This document shows positions 10,971 through 20,559 of a stretch of DNA of 64,000 nucleotides, one piece after another; within the stretch, counting starts at the first letter, position 1, and every line of letters begins with the position of its first letter. The translations under genes and the position numbers were made by a program. This DNA is from Deltaproteobacteria bacterium. Lineage in GTDB: Bacteria; Desulfobacterota; Syntrophia; Syntrophales; Smithellaceae. Under the pieces are notes generated by a model. The model saw nothing but the letters and a program-made list of their open reading frames with translations, was not told the origin of the DNA and did no database searches. Location: positions 882 to 64,881 of the forward strand of contig JANYAF010000175.1 of NCBI GenBank assembly GCA_025355175.1. The letters are read 5' to 3'.

Positions 10971-10984
10971 AGGTGGTTGATCAA

Positions 10985-11362
10985 TTATTTTTCCAGTAAA
11001 ACCATCGCAGATGCGTAATTTTTTGTATGGGTGATGCTCAGGTGAATCGTTTCGATTCCGGCTTGAACAAAATGTTCCTTCGCTCCACCATAAAGCATCA
11101 GATTCGGTTTACCGCTTTCTTCATTGACCACTTCGATTTCGTTTAACTTCACTCCTCTGCCCAATCCGATACCAATGGCCTTGAGAAACGACTCTTTCAC
11201 GGCAAACCTGGCGCCATAATGAATATGTGCCTGAGTATGACGACCGCAATAGGCGACCTCGCTTTCCGAAAAGACTCGACTCAAAAACTTGTCACCCCAT
11301 TTTTGAATAATTTTATTCATGCGGTCGTTTTCTACTAAATCGATGCCGATTCCGTATATCAT
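10985..11362 (-). CDS. acpS: holo-[acyl-carrier-protein] synthase
   Basis: 125 aa. MIYGIGIDLVE start and AKEHF...HLSITH motifs. Confidence 0.93.
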   Translation of the reverse strand: MIYGIGIDLVENDRMNKIIQKWGDKFLSRVFSESEVAYCGRHTQAHIHYGARFAVKESFLKAIGIGLGRGVKLNEIEVVNEESGKPNLMLYGGAKEHFVQAGIETIHLSITHTKNYASAMVLLEK

Positions 11363-11370
11363 GATTTCCC

Positions 11371-12564
11371 TTAAGCGTGAATAATCGCGTCTGTCATGGC
11401 AGCGATTTTTTTCATGACAACCACGTCATGAACGCGGACAATATGACAGCCGTTCATGATGGCTGCGGCAACGGTTGCGGCTGTTCCTTCCAGCCTGTCT
11501 GACGGTGTTCCACCCGTGATCTGACCGATAAACGATTTACGGGATGTTCCAATCATCAAAGGCAACCCTAAGCTTCTTAATACGCCGAAATTCTTTATTA
11601 TCTTGCAATTATCATCACGGGTTTTTCCAAAACCGATACCCGGATCTAAAATCAGATGATCCTTTTCTATGCCTGCAGCAAATGCCTTTCGGCATCCCTT
11701 TTGGAGATAACAAATAATCTCTTCCATTAAATCATCATAGACCAGATTGCCGGTTTGCATATTTTCCGGCTTTCCTCTCATGTGCATCAGAATTAAAGCG
11801 GCTTGGGCCTTTTTCACAACAGAAGCCATTTTTCTGTCGCCACCCAGCGCACTGATGTCATTGATGATTTCCGCACCGGCAGACAAAGTTGCCTGGGCCA
11901 CTTGCGATTTTGTTGTGTCCACGGATATGGGAATTGAGATCTCGCCAGATAAGCTTTCAACGATTGGAATGACCCTGGCGATTTCCTGACGCGCAGGAAC
12001 TGATTTTGCGCCGGGCCTTGTGGACTCCCCGCCGATATCGATGATGTCAGCGCCCTCGTCCACCATTTGCAGACAGCGTTCAATTGCTTTTTGCTGATTA
12101 AAGAAAAGGTTGCCATCTGAAAATGAATCCGGCGTGACATTTAAAATACCCATGATCAATGTCTTTTCGCCCAATACTATCTCACGTCGCGATGTTTTTA
12201 AAATATGTCGATTTTGATTAATGTTGTCGAGCAACGCCAGAATATCTTTTGCAATGACATTAAGCCCAAAAGGCTGTTTTTCGATTTTCTTAGTGAGCGC
12301 AGTGATTTGTTTGAGCGTCCCCATGAGTAACACATCCGTCGCGTCGATACTACAGGCAACGCTTCCCCGCGCCACCGCAGCATCAGCGCCAAGCGACAGC
12401 ATTTCCTGTTTGAGAATATTCGCTATTTTACAGGGCTGCGCCGAAAGAAGAATGTTAATGGATTGTGTCTTGGTTGCCATCGCATTGATCCCATAAGGAT
12501 CAACGCCTATTTTTTTTAATAGTGCGACAGCTTCGTTAAAATTATCTATTTTAACTAATTTCAA
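11371..12564 (-). CDS. folP: dihydropteroate synthase with an extra N-terminal domain of about 130 aa
   Basis: 397 aa. Pterin-binding core GILNVTPDSFSDG, DIGGESTRPG, and GIGFGKT. Confidence 0.93.
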   Translation of the reverse strand: MKLVKIDNFNEAVALLKKIGVDPYGINAMATKTQSINILLSAQPCKIANILKQEMLSLGADAAVARGSVACSIDATDVLLMGTLKQITALTKKIEKQPFGLNVIAKDILALLDNINQNRHILKTSRREIVLGEKTLIMGILNVTPDSFSDGNLFFNQQKAIERCLQMVDEGADIIDIGGESTRPGAKSVPARQEIARVIPIVESLSGEISIPISVDTTKSQVAQATLSAGAEIINDISALGGDRKMASVVKKAQAALILMHMRGKPENMQTGNLVYDDLMEEIICYLQKGCRKAFAAGIEKDHLILDPGIGFGKTRDDNCKIIKNFGVLRSLGLPLMIGTSRKSFIGQITGGTPSDRLEGTAATVAAAIMNGCHIVRVHDVVVMKKIAAMTDAIIHA

Positions 12565-12603
12565 AATTCCTCACCATTTTCAGTGATGGAAATATATGAT
12601 TTA

Positions 12604-14421
12604 TCACGAATACGTCTGCGCCGCCGGTTGGACAGGCAGGGCGCTACCGATGATTTCATCAATTTCCGCGCTATTGAGAACTTCTTTTTCCAGAAGTTCG
12701 CTGGAAATTCTGTGCAGAATTTCAATATGTTCGTTTAAAAGCGACATGGCTTTATCGTAGTTGCGCTTGACGATAGACACAACTTCCGCATCGATATGTT
12801 TTGCCGTATCCTCGCTATAATCCTTGTGCGTGGCAAATTCGCGTCCTAAAAAGATTTGCTCTTCTTTCTTGCCGTAGCTCAGTGGACCCATTGCCTGGCT
12901 CATGCCCCATTCACACACCATTTTCCGGGCAAGATTGGTGGCTCTTTCAATGTCATTACCGGCGCCTGTGGTGTAATCTTTCAGCACAATTTCCTCGGCT
13001 GCGCGCCCACCCAACAAAATGGCGATAGTGTCTTCCAGGTATTGACTGGGATAGGTATGCTTCTCATCAATCGGCAACTGCTGGGTCAATCCCAAGGCTC
13101 TGCCACGCGGAATGATCGTTACCTTGTGGATCGGATCAGTTCCGGGAATCAGACGGGCAACCAGAGTGTGACCGGCTTCATGATAGGCTGTGTTGCGTTT
13201 TTCCTGGTCGCTGATGACCATGCTTCTTCTCTCAGTGCCCATCAAAACCTTGTCTTTGGCAAATTCAAAGTCGACCATGTTGACTTTCTCTTTATTCAAT
13301 CTGGCGGCATTTAAAACCGCCTCATTGACCAGATTCTCGATATCCGCACCTGATGTGCCTGGCGTACCCCTAGCTAGAACAGCAAAATCGACGTCTTCCG
13401 CAACGGGCGCCTTACGCGCATGTACTTCAAATATTTTTTCCCGTCCTTTGACATCCGGCAGAGGAACAACCACCTGTCTGTCAAAACGCCCCGGTCGCAA
13501 GAGCGCCGGATCCAGAACATCGGGGCGGTTGGTTGCCGAAACCAAGATTACGCCTTCATTGGACTCAAAGCCATCCATTTCCACCAGCAATTGGTTGAGG
13601 GTTTGCTCTCTTTCGTCATGACCGCCGCCTAGGCCCGCACCACGATGACGCCCCACAGCATCAATTTCATCGATAAAGATTATACAGGGCGCATTCTTCT
13701 TGGCCTGACCGAACAAATCCCGCACGCGGGATGCGCCGACGCCGACAAACATTTCCACAAAATCAGAACCGCTGATACTCAGAAAGGGAACATCGGCTTC
13801 ACCGGCTATCGCACGCGCCAAAAGTGTTTTGCCGGTTCCGGGAGGCCCCACCAGCAACAATCCCTTGGGAATACGGCCGCCCAGTTTGGTGTATTTTTTG
13901 GGATCTTTTAAAAAGTCGATCACTTCTTCAAGTTCAGCTTTGGCCTCATTGACGCCGGCCACATCGGCAAACGTTACTTTTTTGGATTTATCGGTAATCA
14001 GGCGCGCCCTGCTTTTACCGAAAGACATCGCCTTACCCCCGCCGGACTGCATTTGACGCATAAAGAAGATCCATACTCCGATCAGTAAAAGCATGGGAAA
14101 CCACGAAATAAAAATCATATACCATGGATTTTCTTCGAGCGGTTTGGCTGTAATTTTAACATTTTTTCCCCTGAACATTCCAACCAGCCCATCATCTTTA
14201 GGAGCGTATGTCTTAAATGTATTGCCGCTAGCCAGCTTGCCGGTAACGGTATCCCCCTGTATGATGACTTCCGTAATCTCGCCGTTATTCAGGTGGGCTA
14301 ACATTTCCGTGTAATTAATTTCTTTCGTGCTGGGCTTCTGTTGATTAAACAACTGCCAGACAAGCAAAAAGACCAGAAGCACCGTCAGGACAAGTGCAAT
14401 ATTTTTTTGAAACTGATTCAA
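12604..14421 (-). CDS. ftsH: ATP-dependent zinc metalloprotease FtsH
   Basis: 605 aa. Walker A GPPGTGKT, second region of homology, and zinc site HEAGH. Confidence 0.97.
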   Translation of the reverse strand: MNQFQKNIALVLTVLLVFLLVWQLFNQQKPSTKEINYTEMLAHLNNGEITEVIIQGDTVTGKLASGNTFKTYAPKDDGLVGMFRGKNVKITAKPLEENPWYMIFISWFPMLLLIGVWIFFMRQMQSGGGKAMSFGKSRARLITDKSKKVTFADVAGVNEAKAELEEVIDFLKDPKKYTKLGGRIPKGLLLVGPPGTGKTLLARAIAGEADVPFLSISGSDFVEMFVGVGASRVRDLFGQAKKNAPCIIFIDEIDAVGRHRGAGLGGGHDEREQTLNQLLVEMDGFESNEGVILVSATNRPDVLDPALLRPGRFDRQVVVPLPDVKGREKIFEVHARKAPVAEDVDFAVLARGTPGTSGADIENLVNEAVLNAARLNKEKVNMVDFEFAKDKVLMGTERRSMVISDQEKRNTAYHEAGHTLVARLIPGTDPIHKVTIIPRGRALGLTQQLPIDEKHTYPSQYLEDTIAILLGGRAAEEIVLKDYTTGAGNDIERATNLARKMVCEWGMSQAMGPLSYGKKEEQIFLGREFATHKDYSEDTAKHIDAEVVSIVKRNYDKAMSLLNEHIEILHRISSELLEKEVLNSAEIDEIIGSALPVQPAAQTYS

Positions 14422-14492
14422 TATCTTTCTCCTTAAAATTGACTGTGTTTGTTGACCTTTATAATAATATCCAATTTAACTCAAATATTTTC

Positions 14493-15893
14493 TTATGCGG
14501 ATTTAAGCCCTTGTGACGAGGAACGAATTTCCAGAATTAAGACATTTTTTGTTTCCGGCGACACTTTAACCCTATCGTTTAGGTGCATGTTCTCAATCCA
14601 GATTACGGCTTCCTGATCGGCAAGCAATGCCAGACGATCACGTTCCGGCCTTGGTATCTTCCGGTCAATGAACAGTTTCTTTATTTTTTGTGATCCCAGT
14701 GTTCCCAGCGGCTCAAACCAGTCTCCGTTTCTGCGATTCCGGATAACGAGAGGTTCTTTAATTTTATCCCCATCAAAATAAATCCTATCGATGCAGTTAA
14801 AATCGATCTCATCTGCCGTCCCCCGTCTTGCAGATAAGATAATACGTCTTTCTTTTAAATCAACCGTCCCGGGGATCGCCATGAAATATTCGTAATCCTG
14901 TGTTTTATCTATCCCATCAGATTTAATGACAATATGGTCATATTCTTTTTGAGCTTTCAGACGATAAGGCAATGAGATTTCTTTTCCCGATGTGCTGTTT
15001 ATCACCAGATCGGCAAGCGATTGAACGTGGGAAGACGAAAAACCTTTGCCGTCCGGTGCTAGACCTTCCAGGAGAGCCTTGAGAAGCCTGTAACCTAACG
15101 AAGCGTGGAGCGTCTTAAAATATTCAGCGGAAAAGGATACTTCATTCTGCTTTTTTTGAATGTGAGGCGATAGCAAGATGTCGTTTACATATCCGCAGAT
15201 AAATTCATCGTCTCTACGAATGATCTCCGCCATCCGTGTCAGGTTTTGTTCAATCCGGGGATTATATTTCTCTTTCAGGCAAGGTATCAGTTCCCTGCGG
15301 ATTTTGTTTCGCAAATGAATCATGCTGTTGTTGGAACTGTCCTGGCGATATTCAACACCGTCCTTAGAGAGAAATTCGTTTATTTCCTTCCGCGATACCT
15401 CCATCAGCGGACGAATATACTTGTTTTCCCGCATCGGCAGAAAACCTTTGAGGCCATCCAGACCACTGCCACGTAAAATGTTGAGCAAGACAGTTTCCGC
15501 CTGATCTTGCAGATGATGACCAAGTGCAATTTTATTCGCCCCATGAACCTCAGCAACTTTATCCAAAAACCGATATCGTTCCCGCCGGAAGAAATCTTCC
15601 GGTGATACACCTTTGGGAATGGCGGGATGACACATCTTTTCCGTCACAAAAAGCAGGCCGTATTTTTGCGCCAGGGTGCGGCAAAATTGCTCATCTCCAT
15701 CTGATTCCTCGTGACGCAACCCATGATTGAAATGGGCAACAACCAATTTCAGACAATGCGTTTCAGCTAGACGGACGAGACTCAAGAGTAGCGCGCAGGA
15801 ATCGGCGCCTCCGGATAAGGCGACAACAACGCAGTCGCCATTTTCCAGTAGAAAATATTTATTTATGGTTTGCTCAATTTTTTTAATCATCAT
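14493..15893 (-). CDS. tilS: tRNA(Ile)-lysidine synthase
   Basis: 466 aa. PP-loop SGGADS near the N-terminus. The start overlaps the upstream stop (TAATG). Confidence 0.93.
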   Translation of the reverse strand: MMIKKIEQTINKYFLLENGDCVVVALSGGADSCALLLSLVRLAETHCLKLVVAHFNHGLRHEESDGDEQFCRTLAQKYGLLFVTEKMCHPAIPKGVSPEDFFRRERYRFLDKVAEVHGANKIALGHHLQDQAETVLLNILRGSGLDGLKGFLPMRENKYIRPLMEVSRKEINEFLSKDGVEYRQDSSNNSMIHLRNKIRRELIPCLKEKYNPRIEQNLTRMAEIIRRDDEFICGYVNDILLSPHIQKKQNEVSFSAEYFKTLHASLGYRLLKALLEGLAPDGKGFSSSHVQSLADLVINSTSGKEISLPYRLKAQKEYDHIVIKSDGIDKTQDYEYFMAIPGTVDLKERRIILSARRGTADEIDFNCIDRIYFDGDKIKEPLVIRNRRNGDWFEPLGTLGSQKIKKLFIDRKIPRPERDRLALLADQEAVIWIENMHLNDRVKVSPETKNVLILEIRSSSQGLKSA

Positions 15894-16537
15894 TATTGAA
15901 ACAGAGAATTGATTTCCATGAGATTTTCACAATAAAAATCGGCTTCCATCGTAAGCAGCGTCTCTTTGTCACCCAGCCCGTTTAAATACGCGCAAGACAA
16001 AATTCCCGCATTTTTAGCCACCGCGATATCATTGACGCCGTCACCGATGATCACAGCTTTCTGAGCCGCCACATTATATTTATCCAGCAGATATTCAATC
16101 ACGCGCTGATCCGGTTTCTGAAACGGTGTGGAATCCGCGCCCACGATCTCCATGAAATACCGATCAATGTGAAGCCCACGGGCGATGGCCAGGGTTAAAT
16201 GATAACGTTTATTGGTCAGGATCACCTTCATTTTATGATTAAAATATTTCAACACATCTTCGATATGCGGGCAAAGAACGGTTTGATCCAGAAGATGCTT
16301 TTCATAGTGGCCGCTGAAAATGCTCATCGCTTCTTCCAGCCTTCCCTTGTTATTTTCTCCGAGCGATCTTTCCATCAATTTCTTAACGCCGTCACCCACA
16401 AAGCTGATAATTTCTTCAGGCGATCTTGGATCAAGCCGCATGGACGTCAACGTCTGATTAATGGAGGAAACAAGGTCTGCACCCGTATCGGCGAGCGTGC
16501 CGTCAAAATCAAATATCATTAAATCCACTTTTTTCAT
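15893..16537 (-). CDS. HAD-superfamily hydrolase (phosphoglycolate phosphatase-like)
   Basis: HAD motif I FDFDGTLADT and motif IV GDGVNDI. I chose the ATG at 16537 because it is preceded by GGGAGA. The track ORF extends to 16627. Confidence 0.85.
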   Translation of the reverse strand: MKKVDLMIFDFDGTLADTGADLVSSINQTLTSMRLDPRSPEEIISFVGDGVKKLMERSLGENNKGRLEEAMSIFSGHYEKHLLDQTVLCPHIEDVLKYFNHKMKVILTNKRYHLTLAIARGLHIDRYFMEIVGADSTPFQKPDQRVIEYLLDKYNVAAQKAVIIGDGVNDIAVAKNAGILSCAYLNGLGDKETLLTMEADFYCENLMEINSLFQ

Positions 16538-16617
16538 ATTATTCTCCCTGTCGTTGTATAGCTGAGAGACTATGTAAAAACAAGGTTCTTTGTTGGGAAG
16601 GGATTCGGAAATATCAT

Positions 16618-16646
16618 TTGACGGCAACGCCGGTGTATGTTAGAAA
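16618..16646 (+). promoter_or_regulatory. candidate sigma70 promoter of the panB-operon leader
   Basis: TTGACG, 17-nt spacer, TAGAAA. Confidence 0.3.
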
Positions 16647-16666
16647 ACAATCCACCGCTTGGATCA

Positions 16667-16692
16667 CTGGTCATAGACTCTGGTCATAGACT
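16667..16692 (+). repeat. perfect tandem direct repeat, 2 x 13 nt (CTGGTCATAGACT)
   Basis: Read directly: CTGGTCATAGACT at 16667-16679 and again at 16680-16692. Confidence 0.95.
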
Positions 16693-16723
16693 GAGACGGT
16701 CGTCAACAAAACTGTCGGATACG

Positions 16724-16755
16724 GGTCTTCCTCACGCTGTGGAAGGCCTTTTTTT
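16724..16755 (+). terminator. intrinsic terminator inside the 5' leader of the DUF2520-panB operon (attenuator or riboswitch expression-platform candidate)
   Basis: GGTCTTCC-(9-nt loop)-GGAAGGCC, an 8-bp stem with one G-U pair, followed by TTTTTTT. The T-run ends 2 nt before the GGAG SD of the ORF starting at 16770. No upstream plus-strand gene exists for it to terminate. Confidence 0.6.
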
Positions 16756-16769
16756 ATGGAGAACAGGGA

Positions 16770-17672
16770 ATGACGAGAAAAAAACAATCATTGAGGTTTG
16801 CCGTTATCGGCGCGGGAATGGTCGGAACGGCCATCGGATTTCTTTTGAGAAAAGCCGGCCATGACATTACGGCTATGGCCGATCTTTCTGACGCTCATTT
16901 AAAAAGAGCGCAATCCTATACAGGGGCTGCGTGTTTCCGACACCCCGCACAGGCCGCGGATCATGCCGATTGCCTTTTGATTACAACCCCTGATGACCAT
17001 ATCGGGTCTGTCTGCGCGGAAATCGTCGTCGGTTCTTCCGTCAGGGGGAAAAAGGTGTTTCATATGAGCGGCGCGGGAGGACTTGATCTTCTTGAACCTG
17101 CCGCTCGGGCCGGGGCTTCCGTCGCCAGCATTCATCCGCTGCAAAGTTTTTCTTCCATCGACAGTGCGATCCAAAACATTCCCGGCAGCTATTTCGGCGT
17201 GACGTCCGCCGAAGGTGTAAAAAAACTCTCTGCGGATATTGTCCGTGACCTCCGGGGAATTCCCATCTATATTTCCCCTGAACAAAAACCCCTTTATCAC
17301 GCGGCGGCCTGCATTGCATCGAATTATCTGGTTTCATTGATGAGTGTTGTCGAATCGATTTATTTATCCATCGGTTTTGCGGATAAGGATGCCCGCAAGG
17401 CCTACCTGCCTCTGGTTTATGGAAGTCTGAAAAACATTGAAAAACAGGGTTGCCCAAAGGCGCTTACGGGGCCAATTGCCCGCGGCGATGCGGGGACCAT
17501 TCAAAAACATATTAATGCCATAGCCCGCCATTGTCCCGATTACTCATCTTTGTACGCCGATATGGGAATGGTTGCTGTGAAACTCGCGCGTCAAAAAGGA
17601 ACGTTGAGTGCCAATCAAGCCAAAAACATCATGGAACTGTTGAAAGGAGTAAAAAATGAGCACACAAAATAA
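16770..17672 (+). CDS. Rossmann-fold NAD(P)-binding oxidoreductase with DUF2520-like C-terminal domain (candidate ketopantoate reductase)
   Basis: 300 aa. N-terminal FAVIGAGMVGTA dinucleotide-binding motif. Overlaps panB by 17 nt. Confidence 0.8.
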   Translation: MTRKKQSLRFAVIGAGMVGTAIGFLLRKAGHDITAMADLSDAHLKRAQSYTGAACFRHPAQAADHADCLLITTPDDHIGSVCAEIVVGSSVRGKKVFHMSGAGGLDLLEPAARAGASVASIHPLQSFSSIDSAIQNIPGSYFGVTSAEGVKKLSADIVRDLRGIPIYISPEQKPLYHAAACIASNYLVSLMSVVESIYLSIGFADKDARKAYLPLVYGSLKNIEKQGCPKALTGPIARGDAGTIQKHINAIARHCPDYSSLYADMGMVAVKLARQKGTLSANQAKNIMELLKGVKNEHTK

Positions 17673-18474
17673 GATCAGCCGGAAAACCATTCTCGACATT
17701 AAAAAAATGAAAATGCAGGGAGAAAAAATAACCGTGCTGACGGCTTACGATTACGGGATGGCTGCCATACTCGATGAAAGCGATATTGATATTATCCTGG
17801 TGGGTGATTCCCTGGGCATGGTGGTGCTGGGCTATGACTCGACGCTTCCCGTGACCATGGAAGACATGTTGCATCATACGCAAGCGGTTGCCCGCGGCGC
17901 GCACAAAGCCATGATTGTCGCGGATATGCCGTTTTTATCCTATCAGGTATCTCCTGAGGCGGCGCTGGCCAATGCCGGACGCTTTTTAAAAGAAGCCGAT
18001 GCGCAGGCCGTCAAACTGGAAGGCGGTCAGGAACACGCGGAAATCGTCCAAAAAATGACCATTTCGGGAATCCCCGTCATGGCGCATCTGGGTTTGACAC
18101 CGCAATCGGTCCACCAGCTGGGTGGTTATAAAGTCCAGGGAAAAAAGGAAGACGCGGCTGAAAAAATGATGCAGGATGCCCTCATTCTCGAAGAGGCGGG
18201 CGCTTTTTCAGTGGTGCTGGAATGCGTGCCCGAAAAACTGGCGGCGGAGATCACCGCCGCGCTAAACATTCCCACCATCGGCATCGGCGCCGGTGTTCAT
18301 TGTGACGGGCAGGTTCTGGTCGTTAACGACATGTTGGGACTGTATGACAGAATGACGCCGAAGTTTGTTAAAAAATATGTTAATTTAAATCTGGAAATCA
18401 AAAATGCCGTCAAGCGCTATATCCAGGATGTGAAAACAAGCGCTTTCCCGGATGCGGAGCACAGTTTTAAATAA
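17656..18474 (+). CDS. panB: 3-methyl-2-oxobutanoate hydroxymethyltransferase
   Basis: 272 aa. ITVLTAYDY, LVGDSLGMV, and KLEGG motifs. Confidence 0.96.
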   Translation: MSTQNKISRKTILDIKKMKMQGEKITVLTAYDYGMAAILDESDIDIILVGDSLGMVVLGYDSTLPVTMEDMLHHTQAVARGAHKAMIVADMPFLSYQVSPEAALANAGRFLKEADAQAVKLEGGQEHAEIVQKMTISGIPVMAHLGLTPQSVHQLGGYKVQGKKEDAAEKMMQDALILEEAGAFSVVLECVPEKLAAEITAALNIPTIGIGAGVHCDGQVLVVNDMLGLYDRMTPKFVKKYVNLNLEIKNAVKRYIQDVKTSAFPDAEHSFK

Positions 18475-19378
18475 AGACCTGCTCGTCAGAATGGGTAAAC
18501 TGTTTTAACATTTGCGTATAAGTGCTAAGCAAAATATCCGGATGAACAAAGTAATCAGGCCTTCGCTCAAAATGAAGTTTAACCAATCGTGCCGCCGCAG
18601 GCTCGACGCCACCATCCTTGCGTAGCGCCAGACGCAGCTTATCAATCATTTGACCTGCCGCGCTTTTACTTTGCGCGATATAGCGTGTTGCCTCTTCTCC
18701 GGTGATATAACCGTAATGATCCGCGCATAGCAGTTTAACATCCAGCCCGGCCAGTTTATCCAGACTTTGCTGATAGGCCTCGAAACTTGACCCGGCAGCA
18801 ATGACATACTCATCTTGATAAGGAATGGCCGCTGCGTCCGACGGAAATAAAGCTTTTAACTGAGGAACATAGGCGGAAATCGAGCAGGATGAGTGCCCGG
18901 GCGTCTCATAAACTTCAACTTGTCTGTTGCCCAGATCGATACAACTATTTTGTTTTAAATTTTCGCCGCATACATCGTCGCGCCACTGCCAGTCCAGTGA
19001 AGAAAGAATATCGGCATTGCCCCGTACTCTGCGGCAGACTTTCAGCGTAAATTCATTGATGACCGAAATGGCTTTAGGATTCGCCAGAACTTCCCACCCG
19101 CGGGATGAAGCGTAAACCTTTACATGCGGCCATTTTCTTTTTAAAAAAGGAACCACGCCGACATGATCGAAATGAGCATGCAGAACGATAATGTGTTCGA
19201 TTTTTTTTTCGGAGATACCCCAGGAAGCGATCTGCCGAAAACATTCCGGCAGAATATAACTCAAACCGGCGCTGATCAGAACGGATGATTGGCTTCCCTC
19301 CAGCAAATAGACACAGGATTCTTCCGTGCCTAAAAGCCAGAGACCTTCATCAATCAAACCTGATTTCTTAACTCTCAT
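18467..19378 (-). CDS. MBL-fold metallo-hydrolase
   Basis: 303 aa. HAHFDHVG metal-binding motif. Convergent 8-nt overlap with panB. Confidence 0.85.
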   Translation of the reverse strand: MRVKKSGLIDEGLWLLGTEESCVYLLEGSQSSVLISAGLSYILPECFRQIASWGISEKKIEHIIVLHAHFDHVGVVPFLKRKWPHVKVYASSRGWEVLANPKAISVINEFTLKVCRRVRGNADILSSLDWQWRDDVCGENLKQNSCIDLGNRQVEVYETPGHSSCSISAYVPQLKALFPSDAAAIPYQDEYVIAAGSSFEAYQQSLDKLAGLDVKLLCADHYGYITGEEATRYIAQSKSAAGQMIDKLRLALRKDGGVEPAAARLVKLHFERRPDYFVHPDILLSTYTQMLKQFTHSDEQVFI

Positions 19379-20457
19379 TACTTCTCGGAATAAACAATGA
19401 CCGCGTTTTTCTTTAATCTGGCCGTCATCTGAGCAAAAGCCTCTCCCTGCTTTTGCTGCTCAAGATACAGGGCTATTTTATCTTTTACTTCATCTAATTG
19501 AACGATTTTTCCGGGACTTCGTCCCAGAACCTGAATGATGTGATGGCCAAATTCCGTGGTCACCACCGGCCCGATCGCATTTTTCTCCTGCGAAAAAGCT
19601 GCATCTTCAAAAGGTTTGACCGTCTGACCTCTTTTGATTTCTCCCAGATCACCGCCATTTTCCTTACTGGGACAATCGGAATTGCTTTTGGCTATTTCGG
19701 CAAAATCTGCGCCTTCTGAAACCTGCTTGCGCAGGCTTTCTATCTTGGCCTTCTTTTCAGCTTTCGTTTTCTCATCATCTTTGGCGTCAATCGTAACCAG
19801 GATATGACGAACATGGACGCTTTCCTGAGTGGTGAACTTCTCTTGATTATCCGTAAAAAATTTACTGATTTCTTTTTGTGTCGGTTTAGTTTTTTTACCG
19901 GATTCCATTTCTACCAGTTTTCTGATTTTGATTCCCAGAGCAATATCCTCCTTGGTAATGTTGTTCTCTTTGAAGAAATCTTCGACCTTTTTATCGGGTG
20001 GAATATTATCCTTGATCTGATTGGTTGCCGCCTGAATTTCTTTATCTGTGGCTATAATTTTTTTATTGTGGGCTTCGTTGGTTAATATCGTGCGCAAAAC
20101 AAACTCTTCTACCAACTGCTTTTTTAACCCATCCTGAGCTTCTTTCTTCTTGTCTGCGGGGATTTTGTCTTTATAAAGACTCATTTTTGCTGTGACCCTT
20201 TTAGCCAGTTCGTCCTTTTTTAAAGCAAGACCATTAACACTGACCGCCACATCCTTGGGCTCAACTTGCGGGGGATCTTTAATGGTCGGCGTGATCACGG
20301 CTTTATCCAGACCAAGAGGCGATCCGGTTTGTGCGTTTTGTTGCGCTTGCTGCGAAGATTCTTTAGTAGCTTCTTCTTTTTTGCCGCAACCAAACGTTAC
20401 GGCTATCAGAATGACGCATAAAACAGTCAGAACACTTTTAATTACGATTTTATTCAT
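19378..20457 (-). CDS. parvulin-type peptidyl-prolyl isomerase lipoprotein (SurA/PrsA-like)
   Basis: 359 aa. Lipobox VTFGC and a parvulin domain (VRHILV...GGDLGEIKRGQTVKPFEDAAF...GHHIIQV). Confidence 0.85.
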   Translation of the reverse strand: MNKIVIKSVLTVLCVILIAVTFGCGKKEEATKESSQQAQQNAQTGSPLGLDKAVITPTIKDPPQVEPKDVAVSVNGLALKKDELAKRVTAKMSLYKDKIPADKKKEAQDGLKKQLVEEFVLRTILTNEAHNKKIIATDKEIQAATNQIKDNIPPDKKVEDFFKENNITKEDIALGIKIRKLVEMESGKKTKPTQKEISKFFTDNQEKFTTQESVHVRHILVTIDAKDDEKTKAEKKAKIESLRKQVSEGADFAEIAKSNSDCPSKENGGDLGEIKRGQTVKPFEDAAFSQEKNAIGPVVTTEFGHHIIQVLGRSPGKIVQLDEVKDKIALYLEQQKQGEAFAQMTARLKKNAVIVYSEK

Positions 20458-20559
20458 GAATTTCCTCCAGAAAATAGTTAACGATCATAAAATGTTATTT
20501 GAGCTATATGCGAAATCATCCCGGCAAGTCAAGAAGATTATCCTGTGAAGGAAGGCTGT

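Noticed and set aside
16637-16864. 75-aa plus-strand ORF covering the pan-operon leader
   Set aside because: It has no RBS. It runs through the terminator hairpin and into the DUF2520 gene in a different frame. The region is better explained as a non-coding leader.
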